Of a stretch of 64,000 nt of DNA, positions 26,468 to 40,138 are shown in pieces. The translations under genes were made by a program, and so were the position numbers. The stretch is taken from assembly GCF_006345805.1 (NCBI RefSeq), contig NC_043008.1, positions 34,906,001-34,970,000 on the forward strand. The letters are read 5' to 3'. The notes under the pieces are model-generated. The model made no database searches. It saw nothing but the letters and a program-made list of their open reading frames with translations, and had not been told where the DNA came from. Position 1 is the stretch's first letter, and each line of letters starts with the position of its first letter. Source of the stretch: Octopus sinensis. Lineage: Eukaryota.

Positions 26468-26985
26468 CATATATCTATGTAAGTTTAAACAGATGTTAAA
26501 ATAACCATCTTAAGGGATAGAAAATATCCATTGAATTACTGTTTTGTTGCCTATTATTTTGATGTGAATAGTAATATTCCTAAAATAATAGGTTTAAGTA
26601 TAATACTTTGTTTATAAATATCCAAATTTAAATCCAGTAAATGGAGAAGTAGAATTAATATAATTTATTAAGTGCAAGAATTCATCATGTTCACTTACAG
26701 CTGTTTCGATTTTGCCCCACCCCGCCCAAATTAAATACGAGTAATTAAAGCATTTTACTGGGAAAAATCTCGTCAGAGGAGTAAAAAAGACATATCAATG
26801 GATTATAACATGTTATTCTTCCAAATCATCTCAACAGACCCTTTAATTACTGGTATTTAATTCTTTTCGGCAAAATCGAAAGAGCTGTAAGTGAACATGT
26901 TGTATTTTGCAGTTAATAAATTATATTAACGCTACTTCTCCATTTTCTGGATTTTAATTTATATATATATATATATATGTATATA

Positions 26986-27225
26986 CTTTATTTAAAGCAG
27001 CAGAAAATTCAACAAAACCTGTTACTCTGAGTTTCCCGTTGCCGTTCATCGGACAGTTTTTGCTAGAATATTAGCAAAAACTGTCCGATGAACGGCAACG
27101 GGAAACTCAGAGTAACAGGTTTTGTTGAATTTTCTGCTGCTTTAAATAAAGCATATTACTCTACCACTGGTATTTGAGTACTCTTTTTTCCACCTTGTTT
27201 CACATTTATGTGTTTACTCCGGTAT
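26986..27225. mobile_element. Penelope-like inverted-pLTR element: perfect 80-bp-arm palindrome plus ~75-bp tail, inserted in (TA)n
   Basis: 26986-27065 is the exact reverse complement of 27072-27151 with loop gaatat; (TA)n on both sides. Confidence 0.8.
27076..27123 (+). ncRNA. Minimal type I hammerhead ribozyme motif (U4C variant), mirrored on the minus strand at 27014-27061
   Basis: Stem I aaaactgt/acaggtttt, core CCGAUGA, stem II cg-gcaa-cg, GAAA, palindromic stem III A-ctc-a-gag-U, triplet GUA. Confidence 0.55.
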
Positions 27226-27249
27226 ATATATATATATATATATATACAA

Positions 27250-27319
<70 letters not shown>

Positions 27320-28004
27320 TATATATATACATATATATATATTGATTTCCTTTTCTTGAGATTATCCAGGTAGGGACAAGGAGCAGTATTAAGTATTGTT
27401 TACGTGTCTCCGCGAGTTATGAGAACAATAGATACGCTTGTACGCGCGCGCGTGTATCACACACACATGCACATATGTCTATATGAATGTATTTGCATGT
27501 GTATTGATATATATGCATAATTAATAATATATCTCTTGTATGTAACACGCATACACACACATACATACATATATTCATGCATCTATACATATATACATAC
27601 GTATATAAATACATGCATACATACAAAAATACATGCATACATGTATACATATGTGTATGTGTATGGACATCTTTACGAACATGTAAAAACACATATGTAT
27701 CAAATGCATCTATATAATGACATGCTACATTTGTACTTGGCTCAACAGCAAATATCAATAGAAACAGATTGATTTTATAGATGTTAAAATGGACGTCTTT
27801 TCACGGTCCACAACATCCCTACTATCGGAGAAAATATTCACCGTCTTTCAAACTTATGTTCCTCCCTTCGCCTTCCCCTCTTTTTCTCTCACGCGCACAC
27901 AAGCATAAACACGTATATATGGAGAATTAGTACACAATTTTACTTATAAACAAATTTATCCGTCTACGCATATTTAAGCAGATAAGGCGAATTTATAAGA
28001 TGGC

Positions 28005-28096
<92 letters not shown>

Positions 28097-28907
28097 CTAT
28101 CTATCTAAATAGATAGTTATCTGACTATTTGTCTATTTATGTGTCGATCTAAAGAAGCAAAGATAAATGGCTCAATAGTTATATACATACATGCATGCAT
28201 CCATGTATGTGTGTGCATGTATGTATGTGTGTATGAATCGAATATTGTTTTTGCTTATTTCTGATATAGAAATCTAAAAAAATATCGATTTCCCTTGTGA
28301 TTGATAGATACGTTGATAGATGATAGAAATGTGTCGAATCTGATTTATATATGTAGCACAAAAATATTTATCTGGATCTTGCGATTTCGTGCAGTCGAAC
28401 TCATGGTCAACAAAGCTCATTACTGTGTCTAAGAAGAAAAGCAGTTCTATGGAATTTACATACATGACGTTTATAGTATTATGAATATATATTTCGTATG
28501 CATCTTGGTTTATATCATACAAGAATTGTTTAAATTAACGGTAAACGAACAGTTTTCATGAGTTTGAGATATCCTTTTTTTTGTGAATTGTAAGATTCAC
28601 TATAATGAGACGTCAGTCAAAGTCAGTCGCATCATAAAAAAATATTAAAATAATGATAAAAGGATGAAAAAAAAAATTAAATAAATCGATAAATTTGTTT
28701 TAATCTGATCTATGCGGATAAAATGTCATGTATACACACACGAGCATACAGATGCATACACACGCGCGTGCACACACACACGTACTCACGCACACACACA
28801 TGCAAACACACGTGTGCTTAAAAATATAGTTATATATGCACATTCACTTATATGATTGCATGTGTGTAGATATATTTGATAAATATTTGATTATTAGACG
28901 CGATGTA

Positions 28908-28947
<40 letters not shown>

Positions 28948-29344
28948 AAACAAAGTACAGTTGGACATATGCACATACACAGATATATATGTATATATAT
29001 TTATACATATTCGCCCCCATGCAAATGCACACATATGCACGCATACATATGCAGTTTCGCAAGCACAAACCATGCGTCTATACCTATATCTATCTATCTG
29101 TATCTCTCCCCCACTCTCTCTCTATATATGCTTGTATATATGTATGTATATATATATATTCCTTACATTCAAACGTCTTGGTGTATTTATATATTATTAT
29201 TATTATTATTGATCTACATATAACCTAGGAGAAATACGGACTTTGTTTTAATAATTATGAATAAATCATCACGAAGAAAATCAATAATAATAATAATAAT
29301 GGTAATAATAATAACAATGATAATAATAATAATAGTAATAATGA

Positions 29345-29815
29345 TTTGTGACTCAGGCACATTGCCATATATTTTATGGGAAGGAACATTCGATCGAAAT
29401 CGATCACCTTATTTGACTGGTATTTGCTGTATTGATCATGGAAGGATGAAGTGCAAAATAGAACTCGGCAGGATTTAAACTCAGAGTCTAAAGGGATCTA
29501 ATAAAATACCACAAGGTATTTGCTTCGATACTCTGTCAACTCTGCTATCCACGGTTTAGCTAATAACAACAACAACAACAACAACAACAATAATAATAAT
29601 AATCCTTTCTACTATAGGTACAAGGCCTGAAATTTGTGGGGAGGGGACTAGTCGATCACATCGACCCCAGTATTTCACTGGTACTTAATTCATCGATCCT
29701 GAAAGAATGAAAGGCAAAGTCGACCTCGACGGTATTTGAACTCAGAACGTAAAGACGGACGAAATGCCGCTAAGCATTTTGCCCGGCGTTCTAACGATTC
29801 TGCCAGCACACCGCC

Positions 29816-29869
<54 letters not shown>

Positions 29870-30160
29870 GTTTCTACTATAGGCACAAGGCCTGAAAATT
29901 TTTTGAAGGGGGCCAGTCGATTAGATAGAACCCAGTACGTAACAAGTACTTAATTTATCGACCCCGAAAGAATGAAAGGCAAAGTCGACCTCGGCGGAAT
30001 TTGAACTCAGAACGTAGCGACAGGCGAAATATCGCTAAGCATTTCGTCCAGCGTGCTAACGACTCTGCCAGCTCGCCGCCTTAATAAATAATAATAACGA
30101 TGATGATGATGATGATAATTATGGTAATAATGATAATAATAATAATAGTAATAATAATAA

Positions 30161-30194
<34 letters not shown>

Positions 30195-30667
30195 TAGTAA
30201 TAATAATGATAGTAATAATAATTATTAATAATGGTTTCTGATTTGGGCACAAGGCTAGTAAATATGTGAGGGTTAAGTCGATACCATCGACCTCAGAACA
30301 TGACCGATATTTTATTTTACCGACCACGAAAGGATGAAAGAGAAAGTCATTCTCGGCGGGATTTGAACTCAGAATGTAAAGAGTTGAAAGACGTATCTCA
30401 ATGCATTTTATCGACTCTTTAACGAATCCATCAGTTCACCATCCTTAAACAACACTTTCTGATTTAGGCACGTGGCCAGAAATTTTGAGGGGAGGGTTTT
30501 AATCAATTACATTGATCCCAGCACTTGCCCGGTAATTTATTTTATCGACCCAGAAAGGATGAGAGGCAAAATTGATCTTTTGGTGGATCTGAATTCGGAA
30601 TGTAAAGAACCGGAAGAAAGGTATTTCCCCGACAATTTTACGATTCTGCTAATCTGCCCACCTTGCT
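29345..30667 (-). mobile_element. Five same-orientation type-B SINEs (29345-29558, 29604-29817, 29871-30082, 30233-30446, 30455-30667) separated by (AAT)/(AAC) tracts
   Basis: Each has a tttctact/ga...aggcacaaggc tail, the aaaggatgaaaggcaaagtcgacctc...gaactcag core and a ctgccagc..cgcctt head, at varying divergence. Confidence 0.85.
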
Positions 30668-31399
30668 TCTGATGAAGGTATTCCAAAATGACGGAGTAAT
30701 GTAATTAATTAGTTTGTAATCATTTCCACTTTAATTGAATTTAGGAAATGAAGAAGAGAGAATAAGAATGTGAGAAAGAAAGAGGTAAAAATGAAGGTAT
30801 AGACAAGAAATTGATAAAAAAAAATAAAGGTGAAGATGGAGAATAAATGGAAGAGGAAGAAGAATGTTAAAGCTTGGAGCAGAAAAAAATGAGTACGTTT
30901 AGGGATTTTGTTTTTGCATGTAAGCAGGAGAGAAACAGTTTAATGGGGTGAAGGAATAATGTAAACGATGGTGAGGGACGTCTTCTTGAATGTATGACGT
31001 AAAATGTATGAGGTTAAACTTGACCTGTGCAATAAATACTCTTTTTACTTTCTCAGAAGTGATACATCAATTGTAGTACATTTCAACCATGGCCACCTCC
31101 GAAGAAAAAATATGGATTTTTGTTTTTAGATATTTTTTTAGAGGGACTGATGGGGGAAGGACACAGCCATTGAAATCAATTCATTTCCTCAGTGACTGGT
31201 TCTTACTTTTAATAAGGAAACGGAAAGTTTAATTCATGGATTTTTTTTTTGCTTTAAAGTAGTAATGTTTAAAATGAAATGAATAAAAATAAGATAAAAT
31301 ATTTTTTAAAAAAGGAAGAAATGATGATTTATAATATAGGCAAAAAGGCCGTACATATTGAAAAAGAAAGGAAAAGTCGATTTAATCGACCGCAGTACT

Positions 31400-31456
<57 letters not shown>

Positions 31457-31711
31457 TAATAATAACAGCAACAACAATAATATTAATGATAATAGAGTAA
31501 TAATAGAAAAACATGACCCTTTGTTTTTAGTTTTGTATTGTATTGTATTTGTATTTTTATGGTATTGTTCTTTTTAGTTTTTCCTCTTTTTTTTTTGTTT
31601 TTAACTTATTAAGCGATTGCAAAATAAGAAATTTTGGAAATAACATATCCCGCGATATTTTTAGGCAATCGCTGAACAAGACTAATAAAAAGGCGGAACG
31701 AATATAATCCC

Positions 31712-31817
<106 letters not shown>

Positions 31818-31935
31818 TGTATATATGTAAATATATATAATACGTATATATATATATATATATGTATATGTATATGTATACGTATATATATATATATATA
31901 TATGTATATGTATATGTATACGTATAATATGTATT

Positions 31936-31967
<32 letters not shown>

Positions 31968-32547
31968 ATATATATAATATTTTGTTTCTTTTGTATCTCT
32001 GTTCTTCATTTTGTTTTCGTTTCTCCATTTTGCTTTCCCAGTATCTCGTCTGGTTACTTTACTTTCTTGAATTCTTACCGTCAACTTATTATTTTCTTAT
32101 GTCCCTTTCATTCTTTTCTGCTTTCTTTCATTTTTTCTTTTCTTTTCTTTTCTTTTCTTTCCTAGCTTTCGTTCTTTTTCTATTTCTGTCTTTCTTTCTT
32201 TCTTTCCTCTTTTCTTCTTTCTGCTTTCTTTATCGAACTGAACTGAATAAAAATCGAACTTCGAGTGGTATATATTTTTTTTATCGGAAATTTCTGACTG
32301 GCCGTATTTTGTCTTTAGTTATGTTTGTTTTTGTTTTTCTTTAGTAGCTGCCCGCAGGAGACACTTCCGTGCCTGAGCCAAGTAGTGGGGGCGCACCGTT
32401 GCTAGGCACCATAGTATTGAGGCTTTCGGCTCCGATCTGAAGAGAAAAGAGTAAACAAGATAAAACCACAATTACAAACATGAAAAATAATAATTATATA
32501 AAGAAAAACAAAACAAAATAAAAAAAACTGATCAAAACAAAACACAA

Positions 32548-32579
32548 TAGCAGTAGTAGTAGTAGAAGTAGTAGTAGTA

Positions 32580-32625
<46 letters not shown>
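32548..32625. repeat. (TAG)n microsatellite
   Basis: Direct reading. Confidence 0.9.
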
Positions 32626-32709
32626 TGTTGTAGTAGTGTTGATGTTGCTACTTGTGATGACAATGGTAGTGGTAACGTTAAGAGCAGTGACACTAGCTAC
32701 ACGAGGATG

Positions 32710-32870
32710 CTTTTCTACTATAGACACGAGGCTTAAAATTTGTTTTGGTGGGGGATGGGGTGGGGTAGTGAATTACATCGACCTCAGTGCACAACTGGTG
32801 CTTATTTTATGGATCCCGAAAGGATGAAAGTCTAAGTCGACCTCAGCGGAATTTGAACTCAGATCGTAAT
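32710..32870 (-). mobile_element. Type-B SINE fragment
   Basis: ttacatcgacctcagtgcacaactggtgc...aaggatgaaagtctaagtcgacctcagcggaatttgaactcag. Confidence 0.75.
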
Positions 32871-33352
32871 GTCTGGTGAGTGATATGGTCATTAGGCTAT
32901 ACTCAAGCACTCCTCAAGAATTGAATGATTGTCATCAGGTTAAGCTCAAACACTTAAACGCAAAAAAACCCCCAACATATTTACTCATAGTCAAGCAAAA
33001 CTGAGATAATAGCGAAAAGGTTTTGAAATAATAACATGAAAACACGTGAGTAAAATTCTCAAATAAATGTTAATTACAAGTGAACAACTTGGAAACCAGT
33101 TGTGAATGACAATAAAAGTATTAATAAAAAAGAACTAAGTAAAAGGATAACTGTAAATAAAATTGATGAAGGTTCCTTCCCAAGAATAGATGGATACATT
33201 CTATTGAAAAATTTGGGTTGAGATCTACATTAAACAAGACGATGTATAATTTAACAATATCAGAGTTGAATACCGTCCTGATATTATACCTGAGGCATAT
33301 TAAATTAATGGCAATATCGGTATTGAAAAAAAAATTACTTGTTCAAAACATT

Positions 33353-33438
33353 AAACACCTTGTTAACTGTCGTAAACACCTCGTTAACATCGTCGACATC
33401 TTGTTAAAATCATAAACATCTTGTAAACTGTACAAACA
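33353..33438. repeat. Degenerate ~20-bp minisatellite (4 copies, aaacaycttgttaa...)
   Basis: aaacaccttgttaactgtcgt / aaacacctcgttaacatcgt / cgacatcttgttaaaatcat / aaacatcttgtaaactgtac. Confidence 0.7.
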
Positions 33439-33656
33439 AGCTAAGAGTGGTCGGCATTAGCAGACAGACAGGTAATAGCAAAAAAACGAGGTCACTATCT
33501 CGGCTAAAAAATAACGACCAGTTGTATGTTTGAATCTTATGCACAGACGGTGTGCAGTTGCTTGAATTTTCTTTCATGAACCACTACAAACTCGATAATG
33601 TTTTAAAAGGAGATAAAATAGCTTAAATAAAAGTTTAAGGGTATGTTATGCAAAAC

Positions 33657-33763
<107 letters not shown>

Positions 33764-34860
33764 GTGTGGTCTTTTCTGTAGGCTTTTCTTTCCACGGATG
33801 AACCTAATCTTGCTTCTTACTTTAAAAAAAATAATTCTTTCTGTGATACACGATCCCTTTTGATCGCCATTTTTTTCCCGATCCCTTTTGATCGGAATTT
33901 TACATTTGTTTCCTTTTTTTTACTTTTTCTTTTTCCATCTTCGAAAAGAAGAGCTCTACATTTGTATTTATACCCTCTGTGTTCAGCCCTGTGTGGCCAA
34001 TAAAGAAAGTTATCTAGCTGTCTGTCTGTTAGTCAGTCAGTCTGTCTGTCTGCTTGTCTGACTGTCTGTCTGTGTGAGTGTCTGTCTGTCTATAGTTTTC
34101 ATGAAGCAGTGACTGATATATGTTTTAAATATTTTTTTAAATATCAAATCAACGCAGCTTCTTCAAATTAATAATACAGATCGATGGTTATTGTTATTAC
34201 CTGATACTTCAATATCAGGTTAGAACTCCTTTTTCAGGAAATTTATGGAGAAAAGGTGTTGATACTAGTAAAAATTAAGTTGTTTTGATTGATCATGTCT
34301 TTTTGTGTATTTTAATTTAACCGGTTGCTATTAATTAAGGAAATAAATATTGAGTCCACTTCATTGACGAGCATCGTAAGCTAAAACGGTTTATATTGTG
34401 TGAAGGAGCGATATTAATTGAATACGTTGCTTTCTCGTTGTTATTATGTTCACTAGAGAAGCCTATGAAATTTCCACGGGTTTCGTTAGTTGTATATGAT
34501 TATATAAACGAAAGATAATAATCAATAGATATCAATGCCTATCTATTGATTTGCTAGAAGCTGACGGTTTTCTCTTTCGCTGTTTAAAGTTCTCGTTAGA
34601 TCTCCATGACTATATAACAAGCTTAAAAGTCACTTGTTGTGCACAGATGCTGTGTACGTGCGTGAATGTGCATCAACCTGATCATTACTGCATCTCTTGA
34701 ATACATCGCCTTCATTCAGTTTATCGAGGCCAAGTCCATCTCCTCTTAATAGATGCAGTCAAAGGGGCATGAGCAACATAACGAAACATCAGTTGACCAT
34801 GCAGTGTTTCTTGTTATTTAAAGCAGTTACTGATATTCATTCTTATTTCTGATAGATAGC

Positions 34861-35086
34861 TTAATCCTTTAGCATTCAGATTACTTTGTCAAATTTAATG
34901 CTTATTTATTCAAATTGTTTTCAATTAATCGTGCATTATCTTGCAGCTTCGGTATTTCGATAATGTGATTGCTTATTTTTAGAATGACATTGTAGGATAG
35001 GTGTGAAATGTAGGATATGACTTATTTGAAAATAAATAAAGGTAGAATATTTGGGTTACATACGACCAGTTTAAATGCTAAAAACC
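34861..35086. mobile_element. MITE with a TTAA-type (piggyBac-like) left end
   Basis: ttaatcctttagcatt left end and aatgctaaaa right end (tttagcatt/aatgctaaa inverted). Confidence 0.45.
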
Positions 35087-37934
35087 TCGAGACATATTTG
35101 TGTTTGTTATTGGAAGCGTTGGCATTAAGAATGAGGATAGGAAGCAGGAAAATGTGTTGTTCATAAAATTTTGAAGACCATCAGAAGCTTGAGGAAAAAG
35201 TACCTTCGTATGGAATCAAACTAGTAGTCATGTTTAGGCTTCTTCAGTAATTACATTTGCGACATTAACTTTACTAGAAGCTACGTGACTTAATTTTACA
35301 GAAGAATCCAAGCAAGATATTTGCATTTGATAGGAAAATATTTCGTGGAAGCACTGCATTTTTAAGGGCAGGACCACATTCATTGAGTCACTTGGCTTTA
35401 AGCGTTAATCAAAACGGCTTGCAGAAACGGAGGATCGAGATGCTTGTTCTACAGCATTCTTGAAAATAAATAATTTATTTCTTTTGACCAAGCACCATCT
35501 TGAGACAAATTTCAAGCTGTAATCAGTGAATAAACCAGCAATGGATAAACCAGTAGTCGATGATTGCAACAATAAAAGCGAGGAATTTAACAATCAAAAC
35601 TCGTAGGTTAGTTCCTAATATAGGGTTGAAGTCTAGGATTTATAGGAGGCGATGAAATATAAAGCATTGCAAAGCCGAACCTTTCCACAGACATTGTAAA
35701 TAATAAATATCTTTATGAATGACAAAAGAGTCATATGGTCACTGAGTAGGCAGGTATCCAGTAATAACTGAGGAATGACTGACATTCATAGTTCTCTCTC
35801 TCTCTCTCTCTCTCTCCCTCTCTCCCTCTCCCCCTCTCTCCCTATCTCCCCCCCCTCTCGTACAATACATAAAATCAATCGCGAGCTCCAAACCTAGAAA
35901 TTTTGGCACATAATGTCAACAACTAACTGAATTGTGGTCTCCAGAATTTAGTGTTCGACGCAGTTATAACGAAACACAATTGAAATCTGTACTTCTCTAG
36001 TGAATCATATTCAATCTACATCACTTTACCGTATTTACTGATATAAAATAAATTTATTAGATTCCCAACATCAATATAGTACGTGGCCAGAATGTACAGG
36101 ATACATTTAATTTCGTTTCTCATTCTAGGTTTGCAATTCAAATTCCACTGCAATGGAGTTTAACTTTACTCTGTCCTGTTTCAATAAAAAAGATATTGGG
36201 AGTACACTGAAGCTAATATGGAGCTTATACACTTCCTTTAAAAATTACTTTCCATGCACCACTGTCAAACCTCAATATAATTTTAAACATCGAAAAAGTT
36301 TTGAGCGCAAGAGTATAAGGCAAAAGTTGGCAGGGAACCGATTTATCGACCTGGATTCTATTCATGATTAAACTCTTTCATTTCTTCATTTCTCTTGCTC
36401 GCTGCTAATCTTCTTAAAGGAAAACAAAACAGTAACAATATTCTATTTCTTTTTCTTTTGTCCTTAGACGATAGAAATCAATACATTCCAAATATAAGGC
36501 GAACACCGTAGAATGGAAGCTAATCTTTAAGAGCCATTACTTTGATTCTCTTACGATACTAATATCTTTGACAGAGGCATTAATGTCACACAGTATCGTT
36601 TCTCCCTCTCTTAATAAATCGGTGACCTTGTGCTTATGGAAGAAATCGATATAACCTCTCGTTGATTTTATAATCATATGCTTTACGGTGAAATCTAATT
36701 TATTGTTGCAATTTAGATGCTTTACGAGCATATAAACATTTATGGTAATCTATACTTCTATTATTACATAACATTCTTTGTGTGAAAATGTTGCATTTTA
36801 AAGCAGTCTAATTTATCTTTCTTTTGCAATAAACTAAAAATTTACAGCACTCCATGTTTTGACAACAACGGAAAGTTTGTGCAGTAAGCTAACGTTTATA
36901 TCTAGCTTCAAATTTTATAGCATAGATATATAGATGTCAACACAGATTCACGTATTTACGTTCTAGTTGTTTATGGGTAGCTGACGTTTTTGATCTCGAG
37001 TTTTTCGACGGCACAATTTTCTATATTATATCTTAACCACACCTCTTACATTTCAAATTAAAATTGACATCAATATAACAAGGTAATGGAACTAAGAACA
37101 TTTTCATGCTACCCAGAAGTAAATAATGTTTCGAAGGTTATAGATTTCATTGTGGTTGCTTCACTAACCGCTTCGTTTCAATCTAATGCATCAATGCCAA
37201 GCCAGTCTGGTTGAGGTTGTACCCCATCAGTTAATTCTGACAAAATGAGATGTTCTTCGCACTGTAAACTAGAGAAATGCTCATCAGTTATGCTGTGTTT
37301 TTACTGTTGTGATAGGTTAGTAGGGTGTCATCTGATTATGTTATCTATTTTAAATGATTTAGACCGGGACAGTAAAATATTTGTGCCTTTATTAAGCCAC
37401 AGAGCAGCATTAATGAGAGCTGGTTGTGCTTCAGTGCCCTAGTAACTCATCGAACAACAGTAACAAAAACAACAACACTCATACTTACACACAGACACAC
37501 AGACACACAGACACACAGACACACAGACACACACACACACACACACAGAGATATACATGGCTTATAGTTCAAACTATTAATACTGAAAACTAAATATTCT
37601 TTATTTTTCTATTAGTTACAAAAGAAAGTTTGTGTGTGTGGTGGGGTGATGGTGGGGCTGCGACGTTTTCTGCTACGGATTGTAAATGTACCAAATGTAT
37701 TCTCAATTATAGAACAATAACGCAGACGTAATCCATTATATACGCCACATTTGTATTATCCATATTATATTAAATGATAAACTACGGAACGATATCGGAA
37801 ACATAATATAATCTATTATACAGAAAACATTTACGTTATTTATGTTAATTATTTATGTTATTCGTAAGACAAGTGACCCTATAAATATATAAATTAATAG
37901 TAATAATACATACATGCACGCATACACACATTCT

Positions 37935-38035
37935 ACTGCGTGGCACCTTGGACAAGTGTCTTTTACTATTTCCTAGGGTCGTCCAAAGACTTCTGAGTGG
38001 ATTTAGTAGTCGGAAAATGAAAGAAGCTCGTCGTG
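37935..38035 (+). mobile_element. Type-A SINE fragment
   Basis: ctgcgtggcaccttggacaagtgtcttttactat...gtggatttagtag..gaaagaagctcgtcg. Confidence 0.7.
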
Positions 38036-38120
38036 CATACATACATACACACATACATACATACATACATACATACATACATACATACATACATACATAC
38101 ATACATACATACATACACAC

Positions 38121-38963
38121 TATTCAGGAACAGGAAATACCCACGAAATACTTGATGCACAAGAGGGACAGAGATGCAGGAAATGCAGTAAAATGTGAGA
38201 ACCGATGCAGAAAATATTACCTACATCATAAGCATTTGTCCGAAAATATCATCACGGTGTTATCTTCCGATGAGACATGATATTGTAGTTAGGACACTGT
38301 ATAACAAAATCCGTCGGAAGGATGACCCCGAAGACAAAGAAGTAAGAATCCACAGTATTGGGTTAAGCTCTGGTGAAATATCCCAGTGGAAACCTAAATT
38401 AAACGCAAACATAATGGACGTGACAATAATTTAGGATTGAAAAAGCAACTGTGTTCAGTTGTGGAAATCATTTGCTCAGCGGATGTTAACATAAAGCTAA
38501 AATTCAACGAAAAGGAAAATACTTTCGCTGGACTGTTGAGAAATTTGCATTTACTCTATCCAGATTACGAGTTTAGGTTTATACTTGTAATTACTGGGGA
38601 ACTGGGGTAGGTAACACATTGCCTAAATACCAATCTTGAGATATTAGGCTTCTCAAAACCAGAAAGGAGAAAGCTGATTCGAAGACTATAGATCCCGGCC
38701 AATACTGGCATTACTGGAAGTGTAAAAATCTGTAAAGATTTCCAGAAGTTTATCATTTATGTTTATCATTTATATGAGCATGTTTAGATATGCAACTATA
38801 TGCATGAGAATACACACATAAAGCAAAATATACAAATCTGCACACATACATACATGCAAAAATACCCTGTTGATGTTGTTGAAATTCCAATGGAGCCTTA
38901 GATCTAGGTTAGAAACCGGCTCTTTCTTTACTGGCAAGAAATCTTGAAATAAAACTGAATAAT
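38121..38963 (+). mobile_element. 5'-truncated R4/Dong-like (RLE) non-LTR retrotransposon, pseudogenised
   Basis: IQEQEIPTKYL, CCHC region (..ISICPKISSRCYLPMRHDIVVRTLY), PD-(D/E)xK-type endonuclease region, ..LHLLYPDYEFRFILVITGELG.., 3' UTR ending in aataat. Confidence 0.8.
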
Positions 38964-39882
38964 TATACACACACACACAAACACACACACACATGTAGTA
39001 GAAATTAAGCTAAACGCCAGTATACATATTTAATTCCTACTTGTGTCTCACTAGAAACCGGCTCTTTCTCAACTGGCAAGAAGTACCAGGCCTTGCGTTA
39101 GAAGTCAATATTTAATCGTTGATGAAGAATATTTGAGTAAAAACCGTGTTGTGAGTATTTTGGAGTTGATTACTCAAACTGTCATCGAAAGAGTTCCATC
39201 TTCCCAGGATTGCATAAACGTTGAGGTGGATAACTGTAGCGTAGGTCAGTACGATCAAGTTAGACGTGGAATTGAGGTCTTGTCCTCAAATATATGATGT
39301 CTGCTTTTGAAATTGCTATTGGTTGACAATCCCCGTATTGGGCAGTTGTGATCACCGTGAGTAGTATGTTCCTGTTTGTGATAATTTTGAATTCATTATT
39401 CGAAGCCAGCAACCGGTTTAGTTCATTTCAGGTGAACGCCAACACAGGTACAATGCTGTAAGTACCTCTTGCTTTAGTACCATCGTCAACGAAGGGAAAA
39501 TTCAAAAAGAAAGGACGAAAGGGAAACAGTTTTCTTGTCTAAGGTCATGCTGCATAATATCATTGCTATACAGCTGCACGAAATCCTGTCCAAAGCACAG
39601 AAGTTACAGAAAGAAAAATACATCCGAGCAAAATCGTACGAACAGACACACTTCCTCAATGTGATTATCATGAATTTCAGTTTCGGAATTCTCTCCCCTT
39701 CCTTTCAAGAATTGTCATAACGCTAGTAGATTTTTTTTCTCTTTACAGATGTAATTTCACTTGAATGCATATATGTATATTACTTTTGGTTCACTACAGT
39801 TAATATCTTAGACTACGCTTAACTATGAAATGAAATATAGACGAAAATATATTATAGAATCTTAGGTAAATATATTTTGGAG

Positions 39883-39905
39883 ACACACACACACACACAC
39901 ACACG

Positions 39906-39983
<78 letters not shown>

Positions 39984-40025
39984 ACACACACAACACACAC
40001 ACACACACACAACACACACACAAAC

Positions 40026-40086
<61 letters not shown>

Positions 40087-40138
40087 CACAACACACGCAC
40101 ATACACACACAGAACACACGCACCACACACACACACAT
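39883..40138. repeat. (CA)n microsatellite
   Basis: Direct reading. Confidence 0.95.

Noticed and set aside
34520-34551. 12-bp perfect inverted repeat aatcaatagata/tatctattgatt
   Set aside because: Short and AT-rich; expected occasionally by chance or local template switching.
39435-39720. Long open frames (GERQHRYNAVSTSCF... and ..KVMLHNIIAIQLHEIL..)
   Set aside because: Overlapping frames are open on both strands, there is no recognisable domain and the region lies among LINE debris; cannot be supported as CDS.
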